A stretch of DNA of 64,000 bases, taken from the NCBI GenBank assembly GCA_903813345.2, contig CAIIXF020000001.1:2728001-2792000 (forward strand), read 5' to 3'. The stretch is from Owenia fusiformis (lineage: Eukaryota). Positions 11,631 to 22,700 of the stretch are shown in pieces (position 1 is the stretch's first letter; every line of letters begins with the position of its first letter). The notes beneath the pieces were generated by a model. It was not told the origin of the DNA. It worked only from the letters and a program-made list of their open reading frames with translations, and did not search any database. The position numbers and the translations under genes are program-made.

Positions 11631-12217
11631 GTCACATTTGCTACGGCGACCGTACGGTCTATCATTTCTGCATTCAGTAACATTTCTACGCTCGGCTTAG
11701 CAATTCTGAGGTCAAATAATTTAGCAGTCACATTTGCTATAGCAACTGTACGGTGTATTTTGATTTTGAGGATACAAAACCTACGGTTGCCATACGGCTG
11801 ATAAATAATGACGTGCGGTCAACGTAGGGCGGTCCTACGACGGTAATAGTTTTCTTGACAAAATCCAAGGTAGTCGCTAGGCAGCCTGTGGTTCACAAAG
11901 GTCAGTTCAAACCGATGAACTCCAACGGCAGCCGCAAGTCGACCGTACGCCCAACGTGCAGCCACTGTGGAACCTTTCTACTGTCTAGCTACGGCCTTTT
12001 AATTTCTACGGTGACCGCAGAAATGAAAAAAGTTAAACCTCCAAGTCATGATTTCAACGGCGAGCCTGGGTGGCCTGTAAAAAATTGGATACGCCGTACA
12101 GAGACCGCAATGCGACCGCAGTTTTCCTACGCTCGTCGTAGAAATCTACTGATTTCAAGGAACTACAGTCGATGCATGGTCGACGAACGGTCGCCGTAGA
12201 GCAAATGTGACATGGGT
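11631..12217. mobile_element. GC-rich non-autonomous TIR element (possibly PIF/Harbinger-like)
   Basis: Left end gtcacatttgctacggcgaccgtacg and right end cgaacggtcgccgtagagcaaatgtgac are inverted. A second left-TIR copy lies at ~11727. The interior is CpG-rich against the AT-rich background. Confidence 0.65.
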
Positions 12218-13147
12218 TTAACTCATTGGTATGATATGTACGCTAGCAAAAATAAAGAAAATACTACAAAAAACAAGAAATACGGCGCGCATATACGGCG
12301 CCCATATTCATTTAGCAATTAAACAGTTAACTTTCTCCGATCACCGGGAGTGATAATGATGACAAATGAATGTATAATGTTATTTTAGCAGTAAAGCGAA
12401 AAAGGTTGGAGACAAAAGATCGAGACTGTCATTAAACAAGCTAGATATTTTTATTTTGAACTTGCATTCAACCATGATATGTAAACTATATCAATGTAAA
12501 AATGTGAAAACATACTAAAACCATTTCATTATTTGTATTCACAAGTATATCACAGGTTGGCTCGGATTGACGTGACTAGGCCTAAATTTCATATATTTCA
12601 TATTTTGCTCACAATATGTTTTTTCAAATGTTACTCATGAATACGATAATTCAATTTCCAATAAAATCCTTCAATCAAAACATGGACTTTCAACGAGAAA
12701 GCCTATAGGTTCTGGGCCGATATAAAGATGGCAATCACCAACAAATAAACACAGATCGCTTACCATGCCATCTTTATTTAAAAATTATTCCTATCGGCCT
12801 TTGCCTATGAGAAAGCCCATGATCAAAACAAGGTTTTCACTTTTCAGGTTTTAGGCCGATGCGATGGTAATATAAATATCATGCATTCTCTCTCCCCCCA
12901 GTCAATGTATAGCTAATGTCTAATACATAGTGAGTGGGAGGGGGATGAACTCTTGTTCCCATGTCTGTGCTCTTTGGCCCTGTGAAAACATGGTGAAAAT
13001 AATCAAAATATTGTCATTCGAGTACTATTAATCTATCATGTATACAAGCAAATGTCAAATTAAATCAAATTTCCTTTATAGAGAAATTGAAATAGTTGAA
13101 ACAGAAAATATTACTTTTAAAATACCCGCCCTTGAAATGGCTTGAAT

Positions 13148-13210
13148 GTCCCGGAAGTTTCACAGCGCAATCGAGTAGAACTACAACCCGGAAGTAAACC
13201 GGAAGTTTGA
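13148..13210 (+). promoter_or_regulatory. Arpin proximal promoter: three ETS/GABP-type CCGGAAGT sites and an ACTACAA motif
   Basis: cccggaagt at ~13150 and aactacaacccggaagtaaaccggaagt at 13179-13206, 50-110 bp upstream of the ATG at 13258. Confidence 0.6.
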
Positions 13211-13257
13211 AAATTTGAAAGTTACCAAAATCCATTAGTTCTACTTTTTCTGCTATT

Positions 13258-16200
13258 ATGAGTCGTATTTATGATAATAAGCCGCTATCATCTCTTCCTG
13301 TAGAGAACCATAACTGGGGAACATCATGGGATAAACAAAAAGTGAAGACAAAGTGAGTACAATTTAGCTTTGATGATTTAGTCTACTTTTAATTTCTGTT
13401 TTCAGTTTTTTCTATAAAGGACGATTCTCGGTTTGGAGAACGAAGTTCATCAATCTAGATGAGCATTATCCCTGCTTCGGACAAATTTGATTTTTTTACA
13501 TAATATAGATTTGAATGTTCTCTTTTGAATAGTCATAATTTAATTTGGGTAATATTTCTAGATTTTTCTCAAAAAAATATTAGCGCAGTACACTGATGAA
13601 CTTCTTTCCCCAAATCGAGACTTGTATTTTATTAAAATCGGTCTAATTGAGCGTTATCCCTGCTCCAGACCAATTTGATATTTTTACATCTTGTAGATTT
13701 AAATGTCCTCTTTTGAATATTCATAGTTTAATTTGGGTAATATTTCTATATTTTTCATGAAAAAAAATATTAGCTCAGGAGACTGTTCTCCAAACCGAGA
13801 ATCGTCCTTTCTGAAATAGTGGTGACCACTGACTTAGACCCTAAGCTCATTCTCAAGACAGATACTATACATGAAAGGGAGTGTGCTTGATTCAATGCCC
13901 CTTACGGGAACCCAACCCATGATCCTCCACCCACAAGTCAGACATTCTACCCCTGAGCATCTGTATACGAGTCATGTTGTAATCATAAAATTTGAAATCA
14001 AATGTTCACCATTTTTCCACATCACAATTTGAATTGCGAGTTTTGGTCTTATTACCTCACCGAAAATTCCAAAACAAGCATGAAGTGATCAATGTATTAG
14101 TTCACATCTTCTAGATCGCTAACTTCGAATTTACAGCCAGTTACTAATGTTAGACAATAACGACATTTCCTCCAGTTTTCGAATATCACCATTTTTCTTG
14201 GAACTGTTTATTTTGATTTTAGACGAAATCCTTACGAAATCATGCAATATCTCATCAAGGAGCCCAGCCAGTTCCATTTTTAATTCATGATTTATTTATT
14301 TGGCGATTTTTAAATTATTTAATAAATCTAAAACACGCCGGTCAGCTTTTTTCAAATGGTTCATGGTGTTCCAGATAAAATAACTTCAAGCCAAGAATAG
14401 GCTAGAGACTCGAGTAAAGCTACATTACACTACACTACATTTCAGCCGTGTTAATTTTGAGGCAACATGCTTTGAAATCGAGTATAAATTGGCATACAAA
14501 CTTCAAAGTACAAAAAAACACAATTTGTCATTCAAACCACAAACAATCGAGTAAGTTTTGTTTCTAAAATATGAAAAAAATTTTGACTGCTCAAATAAAC
14601 TGATTAAACTGGCTCTGGCTTGAAACCTAACAGACTGTACACAATTTATAAGCTGTAAACAGCAATTATTCCATATGTACTTAGGAACCATTCATCACTG
14701 CATATTGAATTTTTATTTGACAGAGATGGAGGAGCTATAATTGAAGGGACCATAGAAAAGAGATCAAAACATTCCATTCACGATACAGTGCAAAATAAGG
14801 TATGTGTTACCATGGAAATTGATACCTACTGAGGTTTAATCATATGGGTAATAAGCTTGAAATGTATTTGTGACATAGACATTGTTGTTTTTGTGATTTG
14901 TTTGACCATTGACACCATTTTGATTTAATATTCAGGTGAGATACCTGGTGCTGCATGTAAAGATATCAAGGGCCCACAAAAGGCAGTATGATGACAAAGG
15001 AAATGAAGTGGAACCAAATTTTAGTGAAACACAAAAAGTCAGAACTGGATATCTTCATTCCTCTTATAGTAAGTGCACTATGTCTCTACAGTACAGAAGA
15101 ACATCCTATATGTACTTTGTCTCATATTACAGTAAACTTGAGAGGAAGGGATGAAATGCATCAGCATAGTACAGTGAATCCTTTAAAGTGGAGTACCTCT
15201 AGAAGTGGAACAGTTTTCAGAGTCCCAAGACCAACTGACTTAATGTTAAATGATTATGATTATTAATGTGGAACACCTTCAAAGTGGAATACTTTTAGGT
15301 ATCAAAGGTATTCCACTTTGACAGGTTTCACTGTAATTACTAGCCCTCTGGGCCACAATAATTATTTATCGCAGGCAATGCTATTCTATTTCAGAGACAG
15401 AGGGAAAGGGTGTTTCAGACAAACTGACCAATGAGGAAACAAGATCACTGATTGATTCCCCTGAGATAACATCCCTAACCTCCAAGCATGCCCAGCCAGA
15501 ACTTGCTGCTCTCTGGATGGAGGAGAATGACAGCATGGAACTGGAGAATGGTGACTCTGTCAGGGTGAAGACATATGGAGGAGGACCCTTTATAGGTATA
15601 AGTAATAACTATAAACTACTAAACTGAGATGTTTGTATGGATTTACAAGTTACCATTTACAAAGCCAAACAATTTGTTGTCATATGAATCGGTGATGATG
15701 GTCAATGCTGGTTATGACTGTTTATAGATGGCGCCATTGCCCTGGGTTATATTTGTCATTTATAACACATTACAAAATGTGAAAAATACATTGTATCATC
15801 ATCAATAAGAATTTGGTATGCAATTAAAATAGACTAGTTAATCGAAATTTTAGTGATCAAGTATTTGATGGTATACAATGCAAGACCTGGCATCTGTTCA
15901 TATCTCCCATTTTGTTACAATTTTTAAGTGGTTATTATTGTTTACTTGCCCATATTCCAAGGCTACGGCTAATTATGTCACCACCACCAAAAGTGGTGAC
16001 ATATTGTTATGGTCTCCGTTTTTTTTGCGACGGCGGTTGGTGGTTGGCGTCCGGCGGTTGGTGGTTGGCGTCCGGCGGTTGGCGTCTGTAACAATTTCTT
16101 ACAACTTCCTATAACTTAACAAATACTGTTTAGACTGACTTCAATTTTTTCTAAATCATCTACATGTTCTCAGAAGTTCAAATCTGACTTTAGATTTGAC

Positions 16201-19133
16201 ATTTGACCTTCAATGACCTTCTCAAGGTCAAAAAGGTCTTTTTTCAACTTGCTTCACATTGACTAAATTTTTTTTCAAAATCATCTACATGTTCTCAGAA
16301 ATTCAAATCTGACTTTAGATTTGACATTTGACCTTCATATCTGACTTTAGATTTGACATTTGACCTTCAATGACCTTCTCAAGGTCAAAAAAGGTCAAAA
16401 AGGTCTGTTTTAAACTTGCTTCAAATTGACTAAATTTTTTTTTCAAAATCATCTACGAGTTCTCAGAAATTCAAATCTGACTTAAGATTTGACTTAAGAT
16501 TTGACATTTGACCTTCAATGACCTTCTCAAGGTCAAAAAGGTCTGTTTTCAACTTGCTTCAAATTGACTAAAAAGATTTTTCAAAATCATCTACGTGTTC
16601 TCAGAAATTCAAATCTGACTTTAGATTTGACTTAAGATTTGACATTTGACCTTCAATGACCTTCTCAAAGTCAAAAAAAGGTCAAAAAGGTCTTTTTTCA
16701 TCTTGCTTCAAATTGACTAAATTTTTTTTCAAAATCATCTACATGTTCTCAGAAATTCAAATATGACTTTAGATTTGACTTTAGATTTGACATTTGACCT
16801 TCAATGACCTTCTCAAGGTCAAAAAAGGTCAAAAAGGTCTTTTTTCAACTTGCTTCAAATTGACTAATTTTTTTTTCAAAATCATCTACATGTTCTCAGA
16901 AATTCAAATCTGACTTTAGATTTGACATTTGACCTTTAATGACCTTCTCAAGGTCAAAAAAGGTCAAAAAGGTCTGTTTTCAACTTGCTTCAAATTGACC
17001 CAATTTTTTTTTCAAAATCATCTACATCTTTTCAGAAGTTCAAATTTGACTTTACAAGTTCTCAGAAATTCAAATCTGACTTAAGTTTGAACTCATAATT
17101 GTCATGTTATGACATTTTGTCATGTTAATGCCTTGTTGTATTCATAAAATGTGATTATTTTCAGAAAGTATCGCAAAGCTCGATATTCAGTCATCCACTG
17201 TGTCAAACTATGGAGGAGGCCAAGCTGTAGGTGGCTCATGGACTGACAAGGTGATGACAGTGAAGGCACAAGACAGGGTGGCCCCGCAAGAGAATGAAGG
17301 TGTAGAAGATGATGAATGGGTAAGAGAACTATAGATTTGAAACAATAGATTCAAGATTGCCTCCCTCCCTCTGTCAGTCCATCCATCTGTCCGGGTGATA
17401 ACTCAAATACCGTTGCCCCGATTTTGTTCATATTTTGTACACATATGCTCTATGGGGTTAGAAGTAGTGCTTGCAACGGTAATGGATCTCACTGCCGGTA
17501 AATTTCACCTCCATTACCTTACCGTTACCGATAATCGTTGATACTGATAATGTTCCTAAAATCCTGGGGAAAAACCTGAAAGTGAAACTAAAATATTTGG
17601 AAAAATCCTTAACGAAGCCGATTTCTCAGCTTAATTTCCCGCTCACATCAACTACAGTGGATATATTGTATCATCGTGTATCTCGTGTGTGATTGTGTAT
17701 TGTTAGGAAGTCTTTGAATGATAATATAGACTGAGTGAATTCGATCAAAATTGATCAAACTATTTGTGTTTGTTTTTACTTCACCGAAATATCACGTTAC
17801 GTGATTTGTTAATCTCGCGGCATGGGAGATGATTGACAGAAGTGGGTGGGGTTTTGCTTATCCTCCCGCCTTTTACGAATGCTTTGCAGTTGATTGACAG
17901 ATTAGCTCTTCAAATGTGGAGATTGAAATATACATGATTGATAAAATATTCTTAAACGAACATTGTTTCGTAAATTTGACAATGGATCGCAATGCCAATC
18001 ATCATGTTGCAGCAGCATGGCGATTATCGGCAATGGATTTTATTACCGGCAATTGAGAGTATCTACTGCCGCTGCCGACAACCCGGCATTACCGTAAGGC
18101 ACTAGTTAGAAGTTCTGCTCGAAAGCTGATTTTCAAAATAGCCACTCGTTTCAAAATGGCGGCTATTTTAGTGCCGATTTTACAGTAATTTAGGTACAAT
18201 ATGTAAAACTGGAAGAGCAATATGTTTTAAATGTAAAAAAATTATATATGACATTAATAAAGCTAAAGATCATTGTCCAAATTGCTCAAGTTATTAAGTT
18301 CAGGATCGGACTCCCGTATAACCCGTAACATTTAATTAAAAAAGTAGCTGTGTTTATGTTACAATAAAAGTATCAAATTGTTTCATTGAATTAAAATGTG
18401 AAAATTCAACTTTAAGGCTGTGCATGACCATTTTTCAATACAATCATTTTTGGGCATAAAAAATCTTGGTTAAAATAACATTTCAATCGATCAATTAAAA
18501 TTTTATTCTGGCAAAGCTGATTTCAATTATATCTCATATATTGTGCTAATGTTGCAAATAGGTTAGTAGGTCATGCTGACCTGAAAATATTCATAAAATC
18601 TTTTTGATTTTAAAAACTTAATTCTTGGTCTAAAAATAAACTCAGCAAATGTACAATAAATCTAATGATATAACTCTCCAAAGTTCTACTTTTGATTGAC
18701 AGATCTATTTGTGGACCTTCCATATTTGGGAGTGAAATTGATAACCTGTGTTAAAAATACTAGGTCAAGCTGATCTGGTCACTCTCTAAGACAATTTGAA
18801 AACAGAATTTTGACTGAAATTGATTGATTCTATTTTGATTTTTCTCAATAATAACATATTTATATAATAGTTGACCTTTCAAATCATTCTTTGCTATCTA
18901 ATATCAGTTTATTTGTGACGTTTTAACCACAATTATTTACTTTTTAAAATGAGAGTTTTGTAGTATTTTATGGGGCTATTTTGTCAAAGAATTTCTATGG
19001 AAAGAACAATTTTACAATTACATGTTATCCCTTAGTCCATGATTCATTCAGAAGGTATTTTGGGAATTATTATTCAACCAGACATTGATTGTTTCTATAA
19101 ATTAGCTTTCAACTGTTTTTGCAGGATGACTGA
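13258..19133 (+). CDS. ARPIN: Arpin (Arp2/3 complex inhibitor), 222 aa, 6 exons
   Basis: Exons 13258-13352, 14724-14799, 14936-15068, 15395-15595, 17165-17319 and 19125-19133 are all GT-AG and phase-consistent (669 nt). Translation MSRIYDNKPL...RYLVLHV...DDKGNEVEPNFSETQKVRTGYLHSSYK...VRVKTYGGGPFIESIAKL...GGSWTDKVM...EGVEDDEWDD* matches Arpin, including the acidic-Trp C-terminus. Confidence 0.96.
13416..13810. mobile_element. MITE with 26-bp perfect TIRs and an internal ~188-bp duplication (Arpin intron 1)
   Basis: aaaggacgattctcggtttggagaac ... gttctccaaaccgagaatcgtccttt. The internal block gagc(a/g)ttatccctgct...aaatattagc occurs at ~13461 and ~13649. Confidence 0.8.
13865..13960 (-). mobile_element. 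Degenerate tRNA-derived SINE head
   Basis: The minus strand reads gctcaggggtagaatgtctgacttgtgggtggaggatcatgggttgggttccc, with A-box-like and decayed B-box-like spacing. No intact cloverleaf. Confidence 0.4.
15171..15334. mobile_element. Tc1/mariner-pogo-type MITE (TA|CAGT...ACTG|TA); related copies at ~37153-37340, 46153-46350, 49915 and 63012-63086
   Basis: tacagtgaatcct...aggtttcactgta termini. The same tacagtaaaacct/aggttttactgta ends and gaacacct sub-repeats recur at the other loci. Confidence 0.6.
15973..17137 (+). mobile_element. Helentron-associated (HINE-like) non-autonomous element carrying a ~130-150-bp satellite array
   Basis: 5' tatgtcaccaccacc-aaaa-gtggtgacata inverted repeat, then a (cggcggttggtggttggcgtc)n microsatellite and about 7 tandem aaatcatctacatgttctcagaaattcaaatctgactttagatttgac...ttgcttcaaattgact units, ending tgacattttgtcatgttaatgccttgtt. 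Short relatives at ~53010-53092, 55810-55900 and 57776-57900. Confidence 0.65.
17465..18104. mobile_element. Non-autonomous hAT-type element with 8-bp TSD
   Basis: GTTAGAAG (17457-17464)|TAGTGCTTGCAACGGTAATG ... CATTACCGTAAGGCACTA|GTTAGAAG (18105-18112). Confidence 0.85.
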
Positions 19134-20426
19134 GCAACCAAACCTATATATTATATATAATCTTCAAATGAAGTCAGCCAGTTCTTTATCAGATCTGTCA
19201 ATCATGATCATCACTCTGCTTGTATGCTGATAAAACACACAGTGATCCGCCACAGATACGATGTGCATCCATTTGACATTGAGTCATACTCAACATTGAT
19301 GGAAGAAATCCCATTTAGAGAAGCATGAGGCACGTTGTATACAAGAGGAGGACAGTTTAGCCCCATTTGCACTTTGCATATGCTTCAGGTGATAGAAAGA
19401 TTGTTCATGAAAAGATGGCAGCACAAAGGAACTACCCTACTGCTATCTTTATATTGGCCTAAACATAATGCCTATTTGTAAACAGCAATGTCAATCTTTG
19501 CAAAAGTACTTAGATCAAAATAGAATGCTAACTGAGTTACTTTAATGTATATTGTCATTAATTAGAAATAAGGAGTGATATGGTTGGAAGAAAAATACTT
19601 CATATGGACCGTATTTCTAACTTGAAATTAATGTACATGTTTGATTTATTGATAATGATGTTAGTTTTACAGTACATCTACCATAGATAAATGGGCAGCT
19701 AAAATAATGTCCCCAAAAATCATAACTACATTTTTATTGACTTTTCCTCTGCTTGAATATTAAAGGTGTATATTCTATATTTATCCCAGAGCTTTCTCAA
19801 TGCATGAAAAATATGTTATATATCCGATCAATTTTTGTTATATCCAAAAAGTTACCATAAACACATTTATTCCATTTCCATGATTAACAATATTATGGCA
19901 ATAAATAATATTCACAAGTTAGAGCATGATATTTTGTTTATATTGGCCATTACACCTTTTACGCTTTCCATGGTTATAGAGGTAACCAAAAGTTAAAAAA
20001 CCAAGTGAAATCTAAGAACTCTAACCAAATAGGAATGATTTTAGATATGCTCGGTGACGTATTCCTATTGGTCGAGGCTTAATCAACCAGTGTTCTGAGA
20101 AAATGAGTATTTCATCGACTAGTGTGTATTGACTTAACATGGTGCTTAACTTGGGATATCATCCCGGGATCATCGTATACCCATATTATCATCATTGAGA
20201 TATCATGAAATCCTCATTATCTCAGAAGAACATTGATTGATTCAGTCTCAACCAGGAAATCTGTTACTTGGTATAATGTATTATCAATATTCTAAGTACC
20301 GGGAGTAATTAGAATATGGGTTCTTAATGATTTTAGCTTAACGGCGGCTTTTTGGTTGAATAATGGGAATCCCCTTTCCAATTTTATATGCTGATGGCTT
20401 AGGAAAATAGGACATTTGCTCAGCTT

Positions 20427-20556
20427 CAGCTGGAAAGTAACATTTTGGTAAAAATTGCTATACCTGCACATGTTATTTTCATTTACATTTATTTTGTACC
20501 AGAAAATAACATGTGCAGGTATAGCAATTTTTTACCAAAATGTTATTTGCCAGCTG
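20427..20556. repeat. Near-perfect 130-bp hairpin (foldback MITE)
   Basis: cagctgg..taacattttggtaaaaattgctatacctgcacatgttattttc pairs with gaaaataacatgtgcaggtatagcaattttttaccaaaatgtta..ccagctg. Confidence 0.8.
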
Positions 20557-22299
20557 TACCTTAACGCTTCTTCCCACATATTGTGCTTTTTCATTTAATA
20601 GACCAGTGCCTTATGGTCATCTCTGCACGAGAAGGAATTTCTAGTGTTTACAACTTTTGTCAAAAGGAGACAATTTACTACCCTGTTATTTCTATTACAC
20701 GACATGATCAAGGTTCCAATATAATATGATTTGTTTGGGGAATGTGACATGGCTGATATCGTATCCAAGATTTTGAAGTTATGGAAAACTAGTGTCACTT
20801 TACTCACCGGTAGGCTATTTATTTTTAATATATGCATGTATGCCCTCAACATGGTTCCCCACTTTTTAATGTGTTTTGATAGGCTTGACAAGAAATGATT
20901 GGAGGCATATAGGAAAAAAAGTAATTTCCTATTTTCTAGGAAAGAACATTTAATTCGAATGATTTATAATTATGGATCATTACTAATAGAATAACAATTT
21001 GTATTTGCACACCGCCCAATTTTGAAATAAATATTCTGGGAGTCCAAGCACACAATGCAACCATGGAAAATGAGGACATCAACAGCGAGCAAGTACATCT
21101 TCATGTAGTCTTCTGAAGGATACTTGACTTGGTACTTTGAGCAAGAAAACTAAAGGATCAAGCGTCAAACGGAACCGAGATAGTCCCAAATTTTATTGAC
21201 GGGAACAGATCGCATTACACTCAAAACCACTTAAGTGTGAAATTAATTTTGTTAAAAAGTGAAAAAAAATCTAAAATGTTTTTTTCAAATAGACATATAG
21301 TATATATCTGTATACGATTGTACATTCGTTACCCAAGGCATTGAAGTAAACTCCAAGGAAAAATAGGCGAATTTTCAAATTGAAATTAGGGTCCGTCTCA
21401 AACATGTCGATTTCATATCTTGACCCCCTGGTTAATATGTCAAGCTATTCAAATTAGAATGCAACATTTTCAAAAAACCAAGAACGTTCCTCATGGTACT
21501 TAATTGTCCTTTAAAATCGCAAATGGATTTGGACTGCAAGCTTTTCCTTTTTGATGTGCATCACTTGTCAACATGAACCAATAAAATCTATAATTTTTCT
21601 CGATTTTTTTACTAACCTTTTGTTTTTAATTTGAATAAAATTGAAAGGGTCGACTTTATTGAAACATGAATCGATGCGATCATGAAAAATGATCCTAAAG
21701 ACGATAAAAATGATAACAGTTTTATTTGGGAAGAATTGATCATTACGCTATTTCACTATTCAACCGCATGTCGATTTTCACAAGACAATTAGAAACAAAT
21801 GACAATGATTTAGAAAGTTCATTTTAAGGAACGCTTACTTCACGAATCGACATTTTTGATATGTAGGATATAACTAGCTAAATTGAGAAACACCCAGTTT
21901 GTATTTGTATCCAAATATGACCACGTTCATGTAAAATTTCCCGTCAAAACCCGACATACGTAAAACATGATTTGGAGAATCCTGTCGTGTTTCACATTTT
22001 ATTCTAAAATATCGTCAAATAGAAAATAAACTTAGGACATGTACGTATTACGTCCGCAAAGTTTATATGCACTGAACACATCTTTTCTACATCCTCTTCA
22101 CACCAACTTTACCAAAACATTGCACTGATTCATGAGACAAGGGTTTACATTTTTAGATTGAATGAGAATTGGGTGACAGATGCCATGTCGTTAAAATATT
22201 TTTTGACACCCTTGATGTATGTTTCCCTTTTTCTCATATACCAGGTATGGTACCTTGCCTTGTTTTTACAATTTGAGTCATTTTTCCTTTGGGTTTTGC

Positions 22300-22700
22300 T
22301 TTTAATGCATGCTTAGAACAGTTGCAGGTTGACGTAGTGACGTTTTACTTGCATGTATCACACCAACAGGACAGCCATTTACGTAATATTGAAGTACAAA
22401 CAGCATCTATCTAGATATCTAGATCTGAAATGTCCCTCTAACATATTTCAAATCAAGAACCCGATCCTTATTCTACTCGAGTGTACGTTATCAATTGAAA
22501 CATATGATATTGATGTCGAGTCGAGTCCAGTAAGGCTGACGTATACGTATAGTTCAATCATAAAAATCATCTGCACCGGTGTAGAGACGTTTCTCTTGAC
22601 ACCATTATCTGCGGCGCGCTTCGCCGATAAACCCCCCCCCCCTCTCCAAGTTCCTATCACAAGACTTTTTTCCATGACCACCGGAAGTGTTTTTATTACT
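22300..22700 (-). pseudogene. Decayed DNA-transposase fragment (Sola2-like), probably inside a larger ~21.3-24.1 kb relic
   Basis: Across frameshifts and stops the minus strand gives GHGKKSCD...GGLSAKRAADNGVK...GADDFYD...LKYVRGTF...WLSCWCDTC, resembling the HGKGxCDGxGGxxKR and later SCxCxxC motifs of DDD transposases. The motif catgtcgattttcac repeats at ~21403, 21767, 23668 and 24028. Confidence 0.5.

Noticed and set aside
11855-12199. 114-aa ORF with CSHC
   Set aside because: It lies inside a GC-rich TIR element, has a non-ATG start and shows no recognisable domain.
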